Positions 26,270 to 35,538 of a stretch of 59,353 nt of DNA are shown one piece after another. The stretch's first letter is position 1. Each line of letters starts with the position of its first letter. The notes below the pieces were generated by a model. It made no database searches. It was not told the DNA's origin and worked only from the letters and a program-made list of their open reading frames with translations. The stretch is from NCBI GenBank assembly GCA_005777155.1, contig SXNM01000318.1:1-59353 (forward strand), given 5' to 3'. Both the position numbers and the translations under genes were made by a program. Origin of the DNA: Pseudomonadota bacterium (GTDB lineage Bacteria; Myxococcota_A; UBA9042).

Positions 26270-28050
26270 GTGGGCTTCGCGCCGCGGCTGCAAAGTCGCG
26301 CGATGGCGCAAGTGTCGCTGCGCTCGCCTTGGCGGCCTTGGACTCTGAGGCGTTCTCCATTTCGGCGCTGGGCCTCTTCGTGACCCCGGCCGAGGTCGCC
26401 CTCAGCCTCGCCATCGCGTCCGCGGCGGCGGTCGTTCTCTGCGACCGCAGACTGGCCCTGGGCGTTGGGCCGAGCGCGCGGACCCTCGGCTGGGCCCTCG
26501 GCTTCGGCGCTGTCGCTGCCTTGCTCGCCGCTGCCACTGCTGACGCCAATCGCGACGTCGCGCTGCGTGGCGGGCTTCGTCTCTTGGCTGGCGCTGCGTT
26601 CACCGCGTGCTGCCTGCAGGGCGGCGCGGCCCTACTCAGGCGCCTGTCCGCCGTCGCGGTGGGCCTCGTCGTGGCCACCGCTGGCCTCGGCGCGTTTGAG
26701 CAGCTCGCCGGCGACGGTTGGTTCGGCCCCGCTGGCGCCGAGCTTGAGGCCGCATTGCTGGAGCCCTTTCGCCCGAAGGCGTCCATCACCGATGATGGCG
26801 CGCGCCGCCTGACCGCCACCTTCGCCCACGCCAATCTCGCCGCAGCCTGGCTGGCCGTGCTGGCGCCACTCGGGCTCTCGTCCCTCGCCGCGACGCCTTC
26901 GGCGACCGTGCGCCCTTGGCGACGCCTCGCGGCGCCCGCTTTCGTCGCGATCGCCACCTTGGCGCTGGCCCTCACCCTCTCGCGCGCTGGCCTCGTCGCC
27001 GGCTGCGCTGGCATGGCCGTCGCCCTGTTCGCCATGGCGCCAGGCCAAGCCCGCCGGGACCTAGCGTCGGCGCGCGTGCTCGGCCTCGTGCTCGCCGCGG
27101 CGGCACCGTCGGTGCGGGCGCGAGTCAGCGACGCTGGTCCCGCGCTGGCCGCCACCATCGAGGCGACGCCGATGTCTGGATCCGCCGGAGGTGCCGTGGC
27201 CGTCCGTCTGCGCAATACGGGATGGCTGACCTGGCGACCGGCTGGCGCCGACCGCCACCGTCTCATCGCGGTGCCGCTCTCCTGCGACGGGGCGGTGCCG
27301 GCACAGCCGGGGGGCGTCGGCCCAGTGCAGGCGCTCGACGTGCCGCACCGCGTCGCGCCTGGCGCAGAGGTCTCCATCCTCCTCGCCGCGGCGGCGGCGC
27401 CTGCGGCGGCCGCCTTTGCCCTCGACGTCGAGCATCACGGACACCGTTCGGCCTGTCACAGCGGCGGGCCTATCACGCTGGCGCGCCGGGCCGACATCGC
27501 GTGCGCCGTCTCAGCGCCACCTTGCGGTTCGTCGGCCTGGCATGACGCATCGACGGTGGAGCGGGCCGGCGCCCCGCACGGCAGCACCGACCGGCGCGAG
27601 CTGTGGGCCGCCGCCCTCGCCGCGGCGCGCCACCACCCTTGGTTTGGTCTTGGCCCTGACGTCTTTCGCCTCCGCAAGGCCGAGTTTCTGCCGCCACGCG
27701 CCATCAGAAGGGACGACCGCGAGCACGCCAACAACCTCGCGCTCGAGGTCGTGGCCGATCTCGGCCTCTGCGGCGCCATGGCGATGCTGGCGATCGTCGC
27801 AGCGCTCTGGTCCGCCGTGCGCCAGCTCCTCGGTCGTCAAGACCTGGAGGGCGCCGCGCTGGTCCTCGGTGGCGCCGGTGGCGTCGTCGCGCTCGGGTTT
27901 CACGGCCTCGCCGACGCGCCGCTATTCAGCTGGGCGGCGCTGCTGGCGTCGGGCGGCGCCCTCGCTGCCTTGGCGTGTGGCGCCGACGCCGCCGCTGCCG
28001 GTGACCGCGCTTCCCTCCACGAGTCGGCAGACGTCGTCGTCCCGCCATAG
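26260..28050 (+). CDS. O-antigen ligase / polymerase (Wzy_C)-like polytopic membrane protein with inserted soluble domain
   Basis: LALTLSRAGLVAGCAGMAVALF and HPWFGLGPDVF are typical of the O-antigen ligase family, and there are many TM segments. Candidate GTG start at 26260 overlaps the end of the preceding gene. The start is uncertain (ORF opens at 26095). Confidence 0.7.
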   Translation: MRLGGLRAAAAKSRDGASVAALALAALDSEAFSISALGLFVTPAEVALSLAIASAAAVVLCDRRLALGVGPSARTLGWALGFGAVAALLAAATADANRDVALRGGLRLLAGAAFTACCLQGGAALLRRLSAVAVGLVVATAGLGAFEQLAGDGWFGPAGAELEAALLEPFRPKASITDDGARRLTATFAHANLAAAWLAVLAPLGLSSLAATPSATVRPWRRLAAPAFVAIATLALALTLSRAGLVAGCAGMAVALFAMAPGQARRDLASARVLGLVLAAAAPSVRARVSDAGPALAATIEATPMSGSAGGAVAVRLRNTGWLTWRPAGADRHRLIAVPLSCDGAVPAQPGGVGPVQALDVPHRVAPGAEVSILLAAAAAPAAAAFALDVEHHGHRSACHSGGPITLARRADIACAVSAPPCGSSAWHDASTVERAGAPHGSTDRRELWAAALAAARHHPWFGLGPDVFRLRKAEFLPPRAIRRDDREHANNLALEVVADLGLCGAMAMLAIVAALWSAVRQLLGRQDLEGAALVLGGAGGVVALGFHGLADAPLFSWAALLASGGALAALACGADAAAAGDRASLHESADVVVPP

Positions 28051-28383
28051 CGACGGGCAGCCCGCGCCGGGACGGGCCGATGCGCCTCGATCGACGCCGC
28101 GTCGATGGGTCGCCGTGAGACGCGACGGGTGATGACGGCCCGCGTCTCCAGCGGACTGCCCCCTGGTGGGCTCGGCGCCCCACGCTGGAAAACGCGTCAT
28201 TTTCTGGCGCCAATCAGCCAGCGCAGAGCCCAACTCGGCGCCAACGGACCAAATTGCGAGCGTCCCCAGCTCGACACGACGCCGCAGGAGGCGCCGGGCT
28301 GCACCGGCCAATCCAAAGTCTGTCGCCGAGGGCGTCGTGGCTGTGGCGCTTGGCCGCTCGTGCCGGCTTGTCACGGCCTCGAC

Positions 28384-28428
28384 GGTGCGCCCTGCGACGG
28401 TGCGCCCTGCGATGGTGCGCCCTACGAC
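28384..28428. repeat. Intergenic tandem 15-bp repeat x3 (GGTGCGCCCTGCGAC / ...GAT / ...TACGAC)
   Basis: Read directly from the sequence. It is followed by a 2x GTTGACCCTA direct repeat at 28447-28475. Lies between the convergent ligase-like and PilZ genes. Confidence 0.9.
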
Positions 28429-28541
28429 GCTGTGGCCCAACGAAAGTTGACCCTATGACGGTTGACCCTACCACTGTGCAGAGGCGCACGACCCGGACTC
28501 TGCGACCGGGCGGCTGAACAGCGGCGCCCAGGCTGACGAGG

Positions 28542-29663
28542 TCAGGGCGTGTCGTCGTCCTTGCCAAGTCCCGCGGCGGGCGGCGGTGTCGCCCCGGTGG
28601 CCACGTCGTCAGGGATCGCGCCCTCGCCCTGGTGGTAGAACCGACCATCTGGTGACACGGCGAAGCGTCCGAGCGACGGCTCGCCGGTCTTGCCGCGCCG
28701 CAGCTTGTCCGTGAGCGACAGCAAACGCCGCAACAAGTGCGGTCCTCCTTGGTCGCCGGAGCTCGCTGGCGTTGGCGCAGCAGCGGTCGGAGCCGGCCCG
28801 GTCTTTGCCACCGCGGTAGTGGCGGGCGGCGCCGCTGGCCGGGTGGGCGGCGTCGTCACTGGCGCCTGCGTTCGAATCGGGTTGGCGACGGCCGGATCGG
28901 TGGTGCGGACTGTGAGCCGCTCAGCCTGCCGGTCGCGGGCCAGCGGCGGATCGCTAATCGTCAACGACGACCGGGCGGGTGTCGCTGTGGGCGAGGCCTC
29001 AGTGGCGCGCTGCTGCGCCGCGGGCGTCGCCGCTCGCGCCGGCGCTGCCGCATGGGCGTCGCCCGTCCGGCGTGACCCAGAGTCGCTGTGCCGCACTCCG
29101 CCGGCGTGCTGAGCGCCCCGCACCGACACGCTCGAGGTGCGCCCCGTCGCTTCGGCGATCGCGCTGCGAAACCCATGGACTTCGGTCGGCTCGTGCGAGA
29201 CCGTCGGCAGCTGTGCTGAACGCTTCAGCGCCTGCACAAGCGCTGGCCCCGCACTGGCTCGACTCGCGTGAGCCAAGCGCACAGCCGCCTCAAAGGTATA
29301 GCCACCACCAATGAAATCGTGGACTGACGTTTGCGGCAGGTCGAGACCGTCGTGCAGAAGCGCCAACAAATCGGTGAGGTGCGCCGACCGTGCGTCGAGC
29401 CAGATGACGCCCATGCCCGGCTCTGCCGCGCCGCCGCTGACCACGCGCGCCACCAGCGCCCGCATCACCACCACGCCGCCACCGACGGCGCCAAGGATTT
29501 GCAACTCAACCACTTCGCCGGCGCGCCTGCGGTCGTCGCCGAGGACGAAGCCGCCGGTGCTGCTGACATCGCGCGTCGTTAGCCACTCGCCCATGCCCCC
29601 GCCAACCCGCACTGCGAGCTGACGAGAGACGCGCGAATTAGAGCGGCGCTCAGCCAATTGCAC
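28542..29663 (-). CDS. PilZ-domain protein with long Ala/Pro/Thr-rich C-terminal extension
   Basis: QLAERRSNSRVSRQLAVRV...WLTTRDVSSTGGFVL...GEVVELQIL...ALVARVV...GMGVIW follows the PilZ pattern (RRxxxR ... D/NxSxxG). ORF 28542..29783 trimmed to GTG 29663, which has AGGAG 6 nt upstream. Confidence 0.7.
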   Translation of the reverse strand: MQLAERRSNSRVSRQLAVRVGGGMGEWLTTRDVSSTGGFVLGDDRRRAGEVVELQILGAVGGGVVVMRALVARVVSGGAAEPGMGVIWLDARSAHLTDLLALLHDGLDLPQTSVHDFIGGGYTFEAAVRLAHASRASAGPALVQALKRSAQLPTVSHEPTEVHGFRSAIAEATGRTSSVSVRGAQHAGGVRHSDSGSRRTGDAHAAAPARAATPAAQQRATEASPTATPARSSLTISDPPLARDRQAERLTVRTTDPAVANPIRTQAPVTTPPTRPAAPPATTAVAKTGPAPTAAAPTPASSGDQGGPHLLRRLLSLTDKLRRGKTGEPSLGRFAVSPDGRFYHQGEGAIPDDVATGATPPPAAGLGKDDDTP

Positions 29664-29829
29664 AGGAAACTCCTGTCCTTGCAAGCTAATTCGTCGCGCA
29701 GTGGGCCGGAGGTCTCTTGGAGACTGCGCCTGTAGAACGAGGAACGCAAGGGGAGATTGCAAGCGTGGCCCCAGGGGAGGCAAGATCGCGGCGCAGATGC
29801 CAGCCGGGTTCTGCTGGCAGGAGGGCGAG

Positions 29830-30570
29830 ATGCGGCGACATTACGAACGGATGCCGAGCGAGGCGCTCGGGCGCCCCGTCCACTTGTGGCGCTATGGCCA
29901 TAGCGGGCGGCCCGTCCTAGCGCTGCCGACTGCTGGCGGCTATGCGCACGAGTGGCAGCAGCAGGGGGTGGTCGATGCGCTCGGCGACCTGATCGACGCC
30001 GGGCGGCTGTGCATTTACCAGCCCGAGACCAACGTCGCGGAGGTCTGGACCCACTCCGAGGGCAGCCTGCCGGCTCGGATGGCCCGCCAGGACGCCTACG
30101 AGTCGTTCATCCTGTCTGAGCTTGTACCGCGGATCTGGCGCGAGACGGGCCGCCGTGACGTCATCGTCATGGGCGCCAGCGTCGGCGCGATGTACGCGGT
30201 CAACTTGGCCCTGAAGAACCCCGAGCGCATCCCGCGCGCCATCGGCTTCTCGGGTCGCTACCAGGCACGGACCTTCACCGACGGGCGGATGACCGACGAC
30301 GTCTACTTCCACGACCCCTCTAGCTATGTGTGGAACCTACAGGGCGAACACCTCGAGCGTATCCGCGCCCACGCCCACATCACACTGGTCTGCGGACAAG
30401 GCGCATTTGAAGGCAACTGCCTGCGAGAGACGAGACACCTGGAGCAGGGCCTACGGGCGCGCGGCGTCCCTGTCTGGGCCGATATCTGGGGCCACGACGT
30501 CGCTCACGAGTGGCAATGGTGGCGCCGGCAGATTCGCTACCAGGTGTTGCACCGCCTCGATCGCTGGTGA
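29830..30570 (+). CDS. Esterase-family alpha/beta hydrolase
   Basis: ATG 29830 is preceded by CAGGAGGG. GASVGAM is the nucleophile elbow (GxSxG). Overall layout is putative-esterase-like. Confidence 0.72.
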   Translation: MRRHYERMPSEALGRPVHLWRYGHSGRPVLALPTAGGYAHEWQQQGVVDALGDLIDAGRLCIYQPETNVAEVWTHSEGSLPARMARQDAYESFILSELVPRIWRETGRRDVIVMGASVGAMYAVNLALKNPERIPRAIGFSGRYQARTFTDGRMTDDVYFHDPSSYVWNLQGEHLERIRAHAHITLVCGQGAFEGNCLRETRHLEQGLRARGVPVWADIWGHDVAHEWQWWRRQIRYQVLHRLDRW

Positions 30571-30610
30571 TAGAGCGCAGATCACCGGCGAATCGCCGCC
30601 AGACCTCCAC

Positions 30611-31090
30611 TCACTCGCCGTCGTCCTCGCCGGCGCAGCCCTCGCCCGTGCCCCCGACGATTCGGACCACGGCGCCCCGCCCGCAGGCTGGGCAATAGGC
30701 GCGCAGCCGCTTGCCGGCCTTGGTCTCCAGAGCGAAGGTCGCAAATTCCTGACCACAAGCCTCGTCGCGACACACAATCAGCTGGGCGCTGCGGGCGACC
30801 GCGCGCAGCACTCGCAGGTCATGGCTAGAGAGCCCGTCGCGGACGCGCTCCCAACCAGAGGTCTCGCTGGCCGACCCCTCCGTCGTCGCGCCGAGGACGG
30901 AGGGGCCAGCAGCGGGCGGTGTCGGCAAGGCCGCCATCACCCGCAGCAGCCGCCGCACTGTGTTGCGGTGCCGTCCCGTGCGCGCCGCCACCGCACCGAT
31001 GCTGCCCAGCTCGCGATGGAGGCGTATCAGCTCCTCTCGCTCGGCCTCGCCACTACGGAACCCGGTCATCGCACCCCCCCCGTTCATCAT
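30611..31090 (-). CDS. Hypothetical HTH protein with C-terminal CxxC...CxxC zinc-ribbon-like motif
   Basis: REELIRLHRELGSIGAVAARTGRHRNTVRRLLRV looks like a helix-turn-helix. CRDEAC...(25 aa)...CPAC forms the ribbon-like motif. Antisense to the spurious 522-aa ORF. Confidence 0.5.
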   Translation of the reverse strand: MMNGGGAMTGFRSGEAEREELIRLHRELGSIGAVAARTGRHRNTVRRLLRVMAALPTPPAAGPSVLGATTEGSASETSGWERVRDGLSSHDLRVLRAVARSAQLIVCRDEACGQEFATFALETKAGKRLRAYCPACGRGAVVRIVGGTGEGCAGEDDGE

Positions 31091-31132
31091 GACGCACCAT
31101 CAAGCTCTATCTTGCATGAAGATGCATCGAAA

Positions 31133-32017
31133 CTAAAGTGGAGGCGCCGATCCGGGCGGCGCGATCGCTTCGGGTGTGACCTCTCGGCGAGCTGCGACGG
31201 CGCTGCGCCACGGTGGGAGCTCGACCGCTGCGTCAGCCACCAACGCCCGACTGAAGCTCGGCTGCGCGTCGCCTACGCGGCCGCAAAAGACTGCACAGAG
31301 GCCTCGCATCGCCCAGAGCGCCGCGGCAGCCTCGCCCTTGGCGCCTCGGGGCAGCTGCGTCGTCAAGCGGATCGCCGCCTCATGTGCCTCGACAAAGCGC
31401 CACGCGGCGAGCAACGCCGCCGGACAGGGGCCACCGTCGCACCCGCGTCGCGCCGCGCCGGCATCGAGGAGCGCCCATGTGGCTGCGTCGTAGCGCACCA
31501 CTGGTTGCCCTGCGTCTTGCTGCCACAGTGGCCAGAGTCGGTTGTGGACGACGCGCCAGCCATGGCCCTCCACCGGTCGAGCCGGCCGAAGCACGAAGAC
31601 CTCACGGACGCTGTCTACGCCGTCCTGGGACGTACGTTCGGCCACCCAGCGCACGATCAGCCGACCCGACTCGCGTTCGACCTCCACCGCGCGGTGGCGC
31701 AAGCGCACCTCTCCCTGCGGCGGCGAGTCAAAGCGCTCGGTCCGTGTCGCGACGATCTCCAGCTGGGTCAGCGTGCGATCAAAGGGCCCTGGGACAGCGC
31801 CGCGACCGACCGTCAGCGTGGCCTCCTCGGCGAAGACTGCGAGGTATGCCGCCAGATCGTGCCGCTCGATGCCAGACATTTGGCTGACTTGTAATGATAT
31901 GATTGTACTTCTGATATCGTCTGTTACTGCGCCTGATTCAAAATCGAGCGGCCGCCCACACGCGACAAGCATCGCCAAGCCGAACCCGAGCCAAACCTGA
32001 CCGATGGTCATCGCCAC
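31133..32017 (-). CDS. Hypothetical lipoprotein
   Basis: Lipobox LAMLVAC, 294 aa, coding-like GC3. No family recognised. Confidence 0.55.
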   Translation of the reverse strand: MAMTIGQVWLGFGLAMLVACGRPLDFESGAVTDDIRSTIISLQVSQMSGIERHDLAAYLAVFAEEATLTVGRGAVPGPFDRTLTQLEIVATRTERFDSPPQGEVRLRHRAVEVERESGRLIVRWVAERTSQDGVDSVREVFVLRPARPVEGHGWRVVHNRLWPLWQQDAGQPVVRYDAATWALLDAGAARRGCDGGPCPAALLAAWRFVEAHEAAIRLTTQLPRGAKGEAAAALWAMRGLCAVFCGRVGDAQPSFSRALVADAAVELPPWRSAVAARREVTPEAIAPPGSAPPL

Positions 32018-32250
32018 TGTCCTCCGGACGCGCCACCCTCGGCGCGATCGTCCGTGTCGACATCTTGCGCCTGCCGCCCGCAGTCGTCACCGCGCGTCAT
32101 CGAGCCGTCGGCCAGGCTCCCAGGCGGTCGCGCCGACGCCGCGTCGACCTCTCGATCGATGCCGGCCAGCTTGACAGACGGCCCGCCAGCGCAGACAACA
32201 TCGCTCGCATCGGACCAACCGCGACGTGTCCGATGTCCAAGGGGACGGCT

Positions 32251-32323
32251 GGGCCCATAGCTCAGCGGTGAGAGCTGCCGGCTCATAACCGGCTGGTCCC
32301 TGGTTCGAATCCAGGTGGGCCCA
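32251..32323 (+). tRNA. tRNA-Met (anticodon CAT); elongator type, or Ile2 if lysidinylated
   Basis: Cloverleaf: acceptor GGGCCCA/TGGGCCC, D arm GCTC-AGCGGTGA-GAGC, anticodon stem GCCGG/CCGGC with loop CTCATAA, T arm CCTGG-TTCGAAT-CCAGG, discriminator A. The G1-C72 pair argues against an initiator. CCA is not fully encoded. Confidence 0.9.
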
Positions 32324-32355
32324 CCGGAGCCCCCCCGCGGGCTCGTCGGAAGGTC

Positions 32356-32376
32356 GGGCCGCGCGTGTCGCGGCCC
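32356..32376 (+). terminator. GC-rich hairpin downstream of the tRNA
   Basis: GGGCCGCG-cgtgt-CGCGGCCC, an 8-bp perfect stem. No U tract. Confidence 0.3.
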
Positions 32377-32448
32377 GGCTCCGATGGGCGCACGAGCGCC
32401 GCTCGTCATCCCGACGAGGCGGCGGCGCCAGCGCAGGTGGAGGCTTCT

Positions 32449-33204
32449 ATGTCCATGAATCCCCAGCAGATTATTGACATTCTTCGTAAGCTGCAGGCCA
32501 TCGATGACGAGATCCGCGACGTCCGCTCCACTCGCAATCGCATGGTGAGCAACCTGGAGAAGCTCGAGGCAGTGCTTGAGACACGCGACACTCAGCTCAA
32601 CGAGATGCGCAACAAGCTCTCCGAGGCCGAGACTTGGCACCGCAAGAAGTCTGTCGAGCTGGAGGAGGAGCGCGAGAAGTTGAACAAGGCGAAGGCCAAG
32701 CTCAACTCGGTGACGCGGAGCAAGGAGTACGTCGCGGTCAACCGCGAGCTCGACAACGTCCGCCGCAACATCCAGACCCGCGAAGACGAAGTCGAGAAGC
32801 TCACGTTGGCGATTGCGGAGTTCCGTAGCACCATCGAGCGCGAGGACGAGAAGGTCCGCGACCTGCGCGTCGCTGCCAACGCCGAGGCTGAGTCGAATCG
32901 CGACCGGCTGGGCGGCATGGACGCCCGCATCGAGGCCGTCGAGCGTCGTCGCAACGAGGTGGCAGAGGGCATCGAGAAGTCGATCCTGAAACGCTACCGC
33001 AAAGTCTTTGACGCTCGCGATGGCACCGCCGTGGTCGGAGTCGTCGACGAGGACGCCTGCGGTGGCTGCAACATGGTGGTCCAGCCACGCTTCGTTGAGG
33101 CGATCATGCGCGGCACTAGCCTCGTGCAGTGCCCCTTCTGCAGTCGCTTCCTCTACATCGACAGCCGCAGTGACCAGGACGGTCAGCCCGAGCTGGCGGC
33201 CTAG
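32449..33204 (+). CDS. C4-type zinc-ribbon / coiled-coil protein (DUF164, COG1579-like)
   Basis: GGAGG lies 6 nt upstream of ATG 32449. A long coiled coil is followed by ACGGCNMVV...VQCPFCSRFLY, the characteristic C-terminal zinc ribbon. Confidence 0.82.
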   Translation: MSMNPQQIIDILRKLQAIDDEIRDVRSTRNRMVSNLEKLEAVLETRDTQLNEMRNKLSEAETWHRKKSVELEEEREKLNKAKAKLNSVTRSKEYVAVNRELDNVRRNIQTREDEVEKLTLAIAEFRSTIEREDEKVRDLRVAANAEAESNRDRLGGMDARIEAVERRRNEVAEGIEKSILKRYRKVFDARDGTAVVGVVDEDACGGCNMVVQPRFVEAIMRGTSLVQCPFCSRFLYIDSRSDQDGQPELAA

Positions 33205-33218
33205 AGACGCTCGCAATT

Positions 33219-33235
33219 GGGCGCTGTTTGCGCCC
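33219..33235 (+). terminator. Possible terminator hairpin
   Basis: GGGCGC-tgttt-GCGCCC followed by ACTTTGG, 15 nt after the stop at 33204. Confidence 0.35.
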
Positions 33236-33403
33236 ACTTTGGTGCCGCGCTGCTTGGGGAGAGCTGGAAAGGGGACACCTTGTCGGCTTCGGGCGATGAG
33301 CCCCCCAAACTCAGCCAGCGAGCGACGCCGCCAGTCATCACCGGTGGCGTCTCCAACCTTCAACGGTCCAACGGGAAGCAGGCCGCGCCTTGCCCTGCCG
33401 CGG

Positions 33404-34924
33404 CTAGCGGCGGGCGGTGCCGGCGGCTAGCTCTCGCTCGCGCTGCTTGAGCGCCTTCAGCGTCGCCAGCAGCGCACCGACGCCGCCTTCACGCTGCTTG
33501 CGCACCACGGCCCGCATCAGATCGACCATTCGATCCCCATACGGATACCACCACGGCTCGATGCCAAGCTGCTTGTCGACCACGACCAGTCGTGGCCGCG
33601 TCATGTGCTCCAGCGCCTCGGGCGAGCTGGTGATGCCTGTCCCCGACGCGCCGCAGCCCGTCCAAGGCAGATCAGGCAGGGCTCCCGTAAAGGCGTGGTT
33701 GTTCACCCAGAGCATCCCAGAGCGCACCCGCCGGCCGAGCTCGACCGCGGCGTCCAAGTCGCGGCTCCAGACGCTGGCGCCGAGGCCGTAGGCGCTGTCG
33801 TTGGCAGCCTCGATCAGCTGATCGTCGCCGTCGCCCACCGTGAGGACAGCGATCGGGCCGAAGCTCTCGTCGCGCCAGGCCGCTGCATCGCGTGGAACGC
33901 CAGTGAGCAACGTGGGGGCGACCCTGGCGTCGCCCTCGGGCAGCCCGCCGCACAGCACGCGGCCGCCCCTCTCAAGCGCGTCCTGCAGCTGCGCCACCAC
34001 GATCGCCTTCTGCCGTGGCGTGACCAGCTCCGGTACATCGCCGGCAGCCGCCTCTAGGTGTGAAACCAGCGCTGGAATGAATCGCTCTGCCACAGCGCGG
34101 TCGACGGCGACGCGCTCGATGCCGGCGCAGTTTTGGCCCGCATTGGTGATGATGCCCCAGGCGATGCCAGCCGCTGCTCGCTCGACGTCGGCGTCAGCGC
34201 GAACGATCGCGCAGTCCTTGCCGCCGAGCTCGCAGTCGCATGGGATGCCGAGCGCCGCCGCGGCGGTGGCCACCTTGCGCCCGGTGGCGGTGCTACCCGT
34301 GAAGATCACCTGGTCGGGTTCGGCGGCGACCAGCGCTGCGCCGGCGCGGCCATCGCCAGCGCAAAGGCCGATGACCGGACCGAGCGACGCCCGCAGCTGC
34401 TCGACCAGCCAAGCCCCGGAGCGCGGCGTAAGCTCCGAAGGCTTGAGGACCACACCGTTGCCCGCTAGGAGCGCCGGAACGACGCTACGCATTGGGATGG
34501 CGACCGGGTAGTTCCAGGGGGAGATCACCGCGACGACGCCGCGCGGTGCTCGCTCGATGCGCGCCTTTTTGCCAGGCATCTCGAGCGAAGGTACGAGGCC
34601 CTGCCGCGGCTGCAAGTGGCGTGGTCCGTGTTTGCACCAGTAGGCGAACAAGTCCGCGACGCCGACGACCTCGCTGCTGTACGCCTCGGCCAGCGGCTTG
34701 CCAGTCTCCTCTACGACCAACGCCGCCAGCGCCTCAGCGTGCGCGAGCATCGCCTCGCCAGCGGCAGCGAGTCGAGCGGCGCGCGCGTTGACCGGCAGCT
34801 CGGCCCACGCGGCCTGGGCGGCCCGGACCTCAGCGACCACCCGGCGGGCCTCTTCGCCGTGGAAAGTGTCAGCGCCAGCGCTCGTTGATGGGTCACCAAC
34901 AGCGACGACGATGTGCGTTGACAT
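33404..34924 (-). CDS. Aldehyde dehydrogenase family protein
   Basis: ORF 33404..35074 trimmed to ATG 34924 (MSTHIVVAV...). Motifs FTGSTATGRKV, CELGGKD and NAGQNCAGIERV (catalytic Cys). Confidence 0.9.
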   Translation of the reverse strand: MSTHIVVAVGDPSTSAGADTFHGEEARRVVAEVRAAQAAWAELPVNARAARLAAAGEAMLAHAEALAALVVEETGKPLAEAYSSEVVGVADLFAYWCKHGPRHLQPRQGLVPSLEMPGKKARIERAPRGVVAVISPWNYPVAIPMRSVVPALLAGNGVVLKPSELTPRSGAWLVEQLRASLGPVIGLCAGDGRAGAALVAAEPDQVIFTGSTATGRKVATAAAALGIPCDCELGGKDCAIVRADADVERAAAGIAWGIITNAGQNCAGIERVAVDRAVAERFIPALVSHLEAAAGDVPELVTPRQKAIVVAQLQDALERGGRVLCGGLPEGDARVAPTLLTGVPRDAAAWRDESFGPIAVLTVGDGDDQLIEAANDSAYGLGASVWSRDLDAAVELGRRVRSGMLWVNNHAFTGALPDLPWTGCGASGTGITSSPEALEHMTRPRLVVVDKQLGIEPWWYPYGDRMVDLMRAVVRKQREGGVGALLATLKALKQRERELAAGTARR

Positions 34925-35079
34925 GAGGGGGCCCCCGATCGATGGTGCAGGGCGCGGCGATGGCGGCGCTCGTCTTAGTCGCGGTTGTACGCCATCGTGG
35001 CTAGGGGCGGAAGCCGACCGGCCGGCCTCGCGTCGCGCCGCAGGCCCAAAGGCCCCACCGGCGCCGTCGCACACCTCAA

Positions 35080-35538
35080 GTGGCAGCTACCTGTGCAGGA
35101 GTCGCCTTGCGTCGCCTCGTCGAACACGCGCTCGGCGCGGTCTTTCCGACGTCGGCGGGCATCCCAGGCCTAGAGCGGCTCGATTACGGCGCTCGCCTCG
35201 ACGAGGTGCTGCGCGGGCCACCGCTGATGCGGCTCGGCCTGTACGCCGCCACCCTCCTCTTCGTTCTCCTCCCGATCTGGACCGTCTATACGCCGCTGCC
35301 CTCCTTGTTGCTGTCTCCTAGCCGACTAGATCGACATGCAAATCAGCTTGCGTCAAGTAGAATCTATCTGTTGAGACAGCTGATGTTGCTCCTCAAGACC
35401 GTCGGCGGACTGCTCTGGGGCGCCGATCCCGAGGTACGCCAAGCGCTCGGCCTGTCGCCTCTCGGCCCCGACCCTGGGACCTTTCGTGGCGACGAGCTTC
35501 GCGTCGCCGCGGAGTCGCCACCTAGAGCGAGGCGATGA
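35080..35538 (+). CDS. Small hypothetical membrane protein translationally coupled to the GMC oxidoreductase
   Basis: Hydrophobic segment LGLYAATLLFVLLPIWTVY. The stop overlaps the ATG of the next gene (ATGA at 35535). A TTG at 35107 with AGGAG 5 nt upstream is an alternative start. Confidence 0.45.
   Translation: MAATCAGVALRRLVEHALGAVFPTSAGIPGLERLDYGARLDEVLRGPPLMRLGLYAATLLFVLLPIWTVYTPLPSLLLSPSRLDRHANQLASSRIYLLRQLMLLLKTVGGLLWGADPEVRQALGLSPLGPDPGTFRGDELRVAAESPPRARR

Noticed and set aside
32251-32323. tRNA-Met as an integration site for a genomic island
   Set aside because: No integrase gene flanks it and I could find no direct repeat of the tRNA 3' end elsewhere in the window. Both flanks carry ordinary-looking genes.
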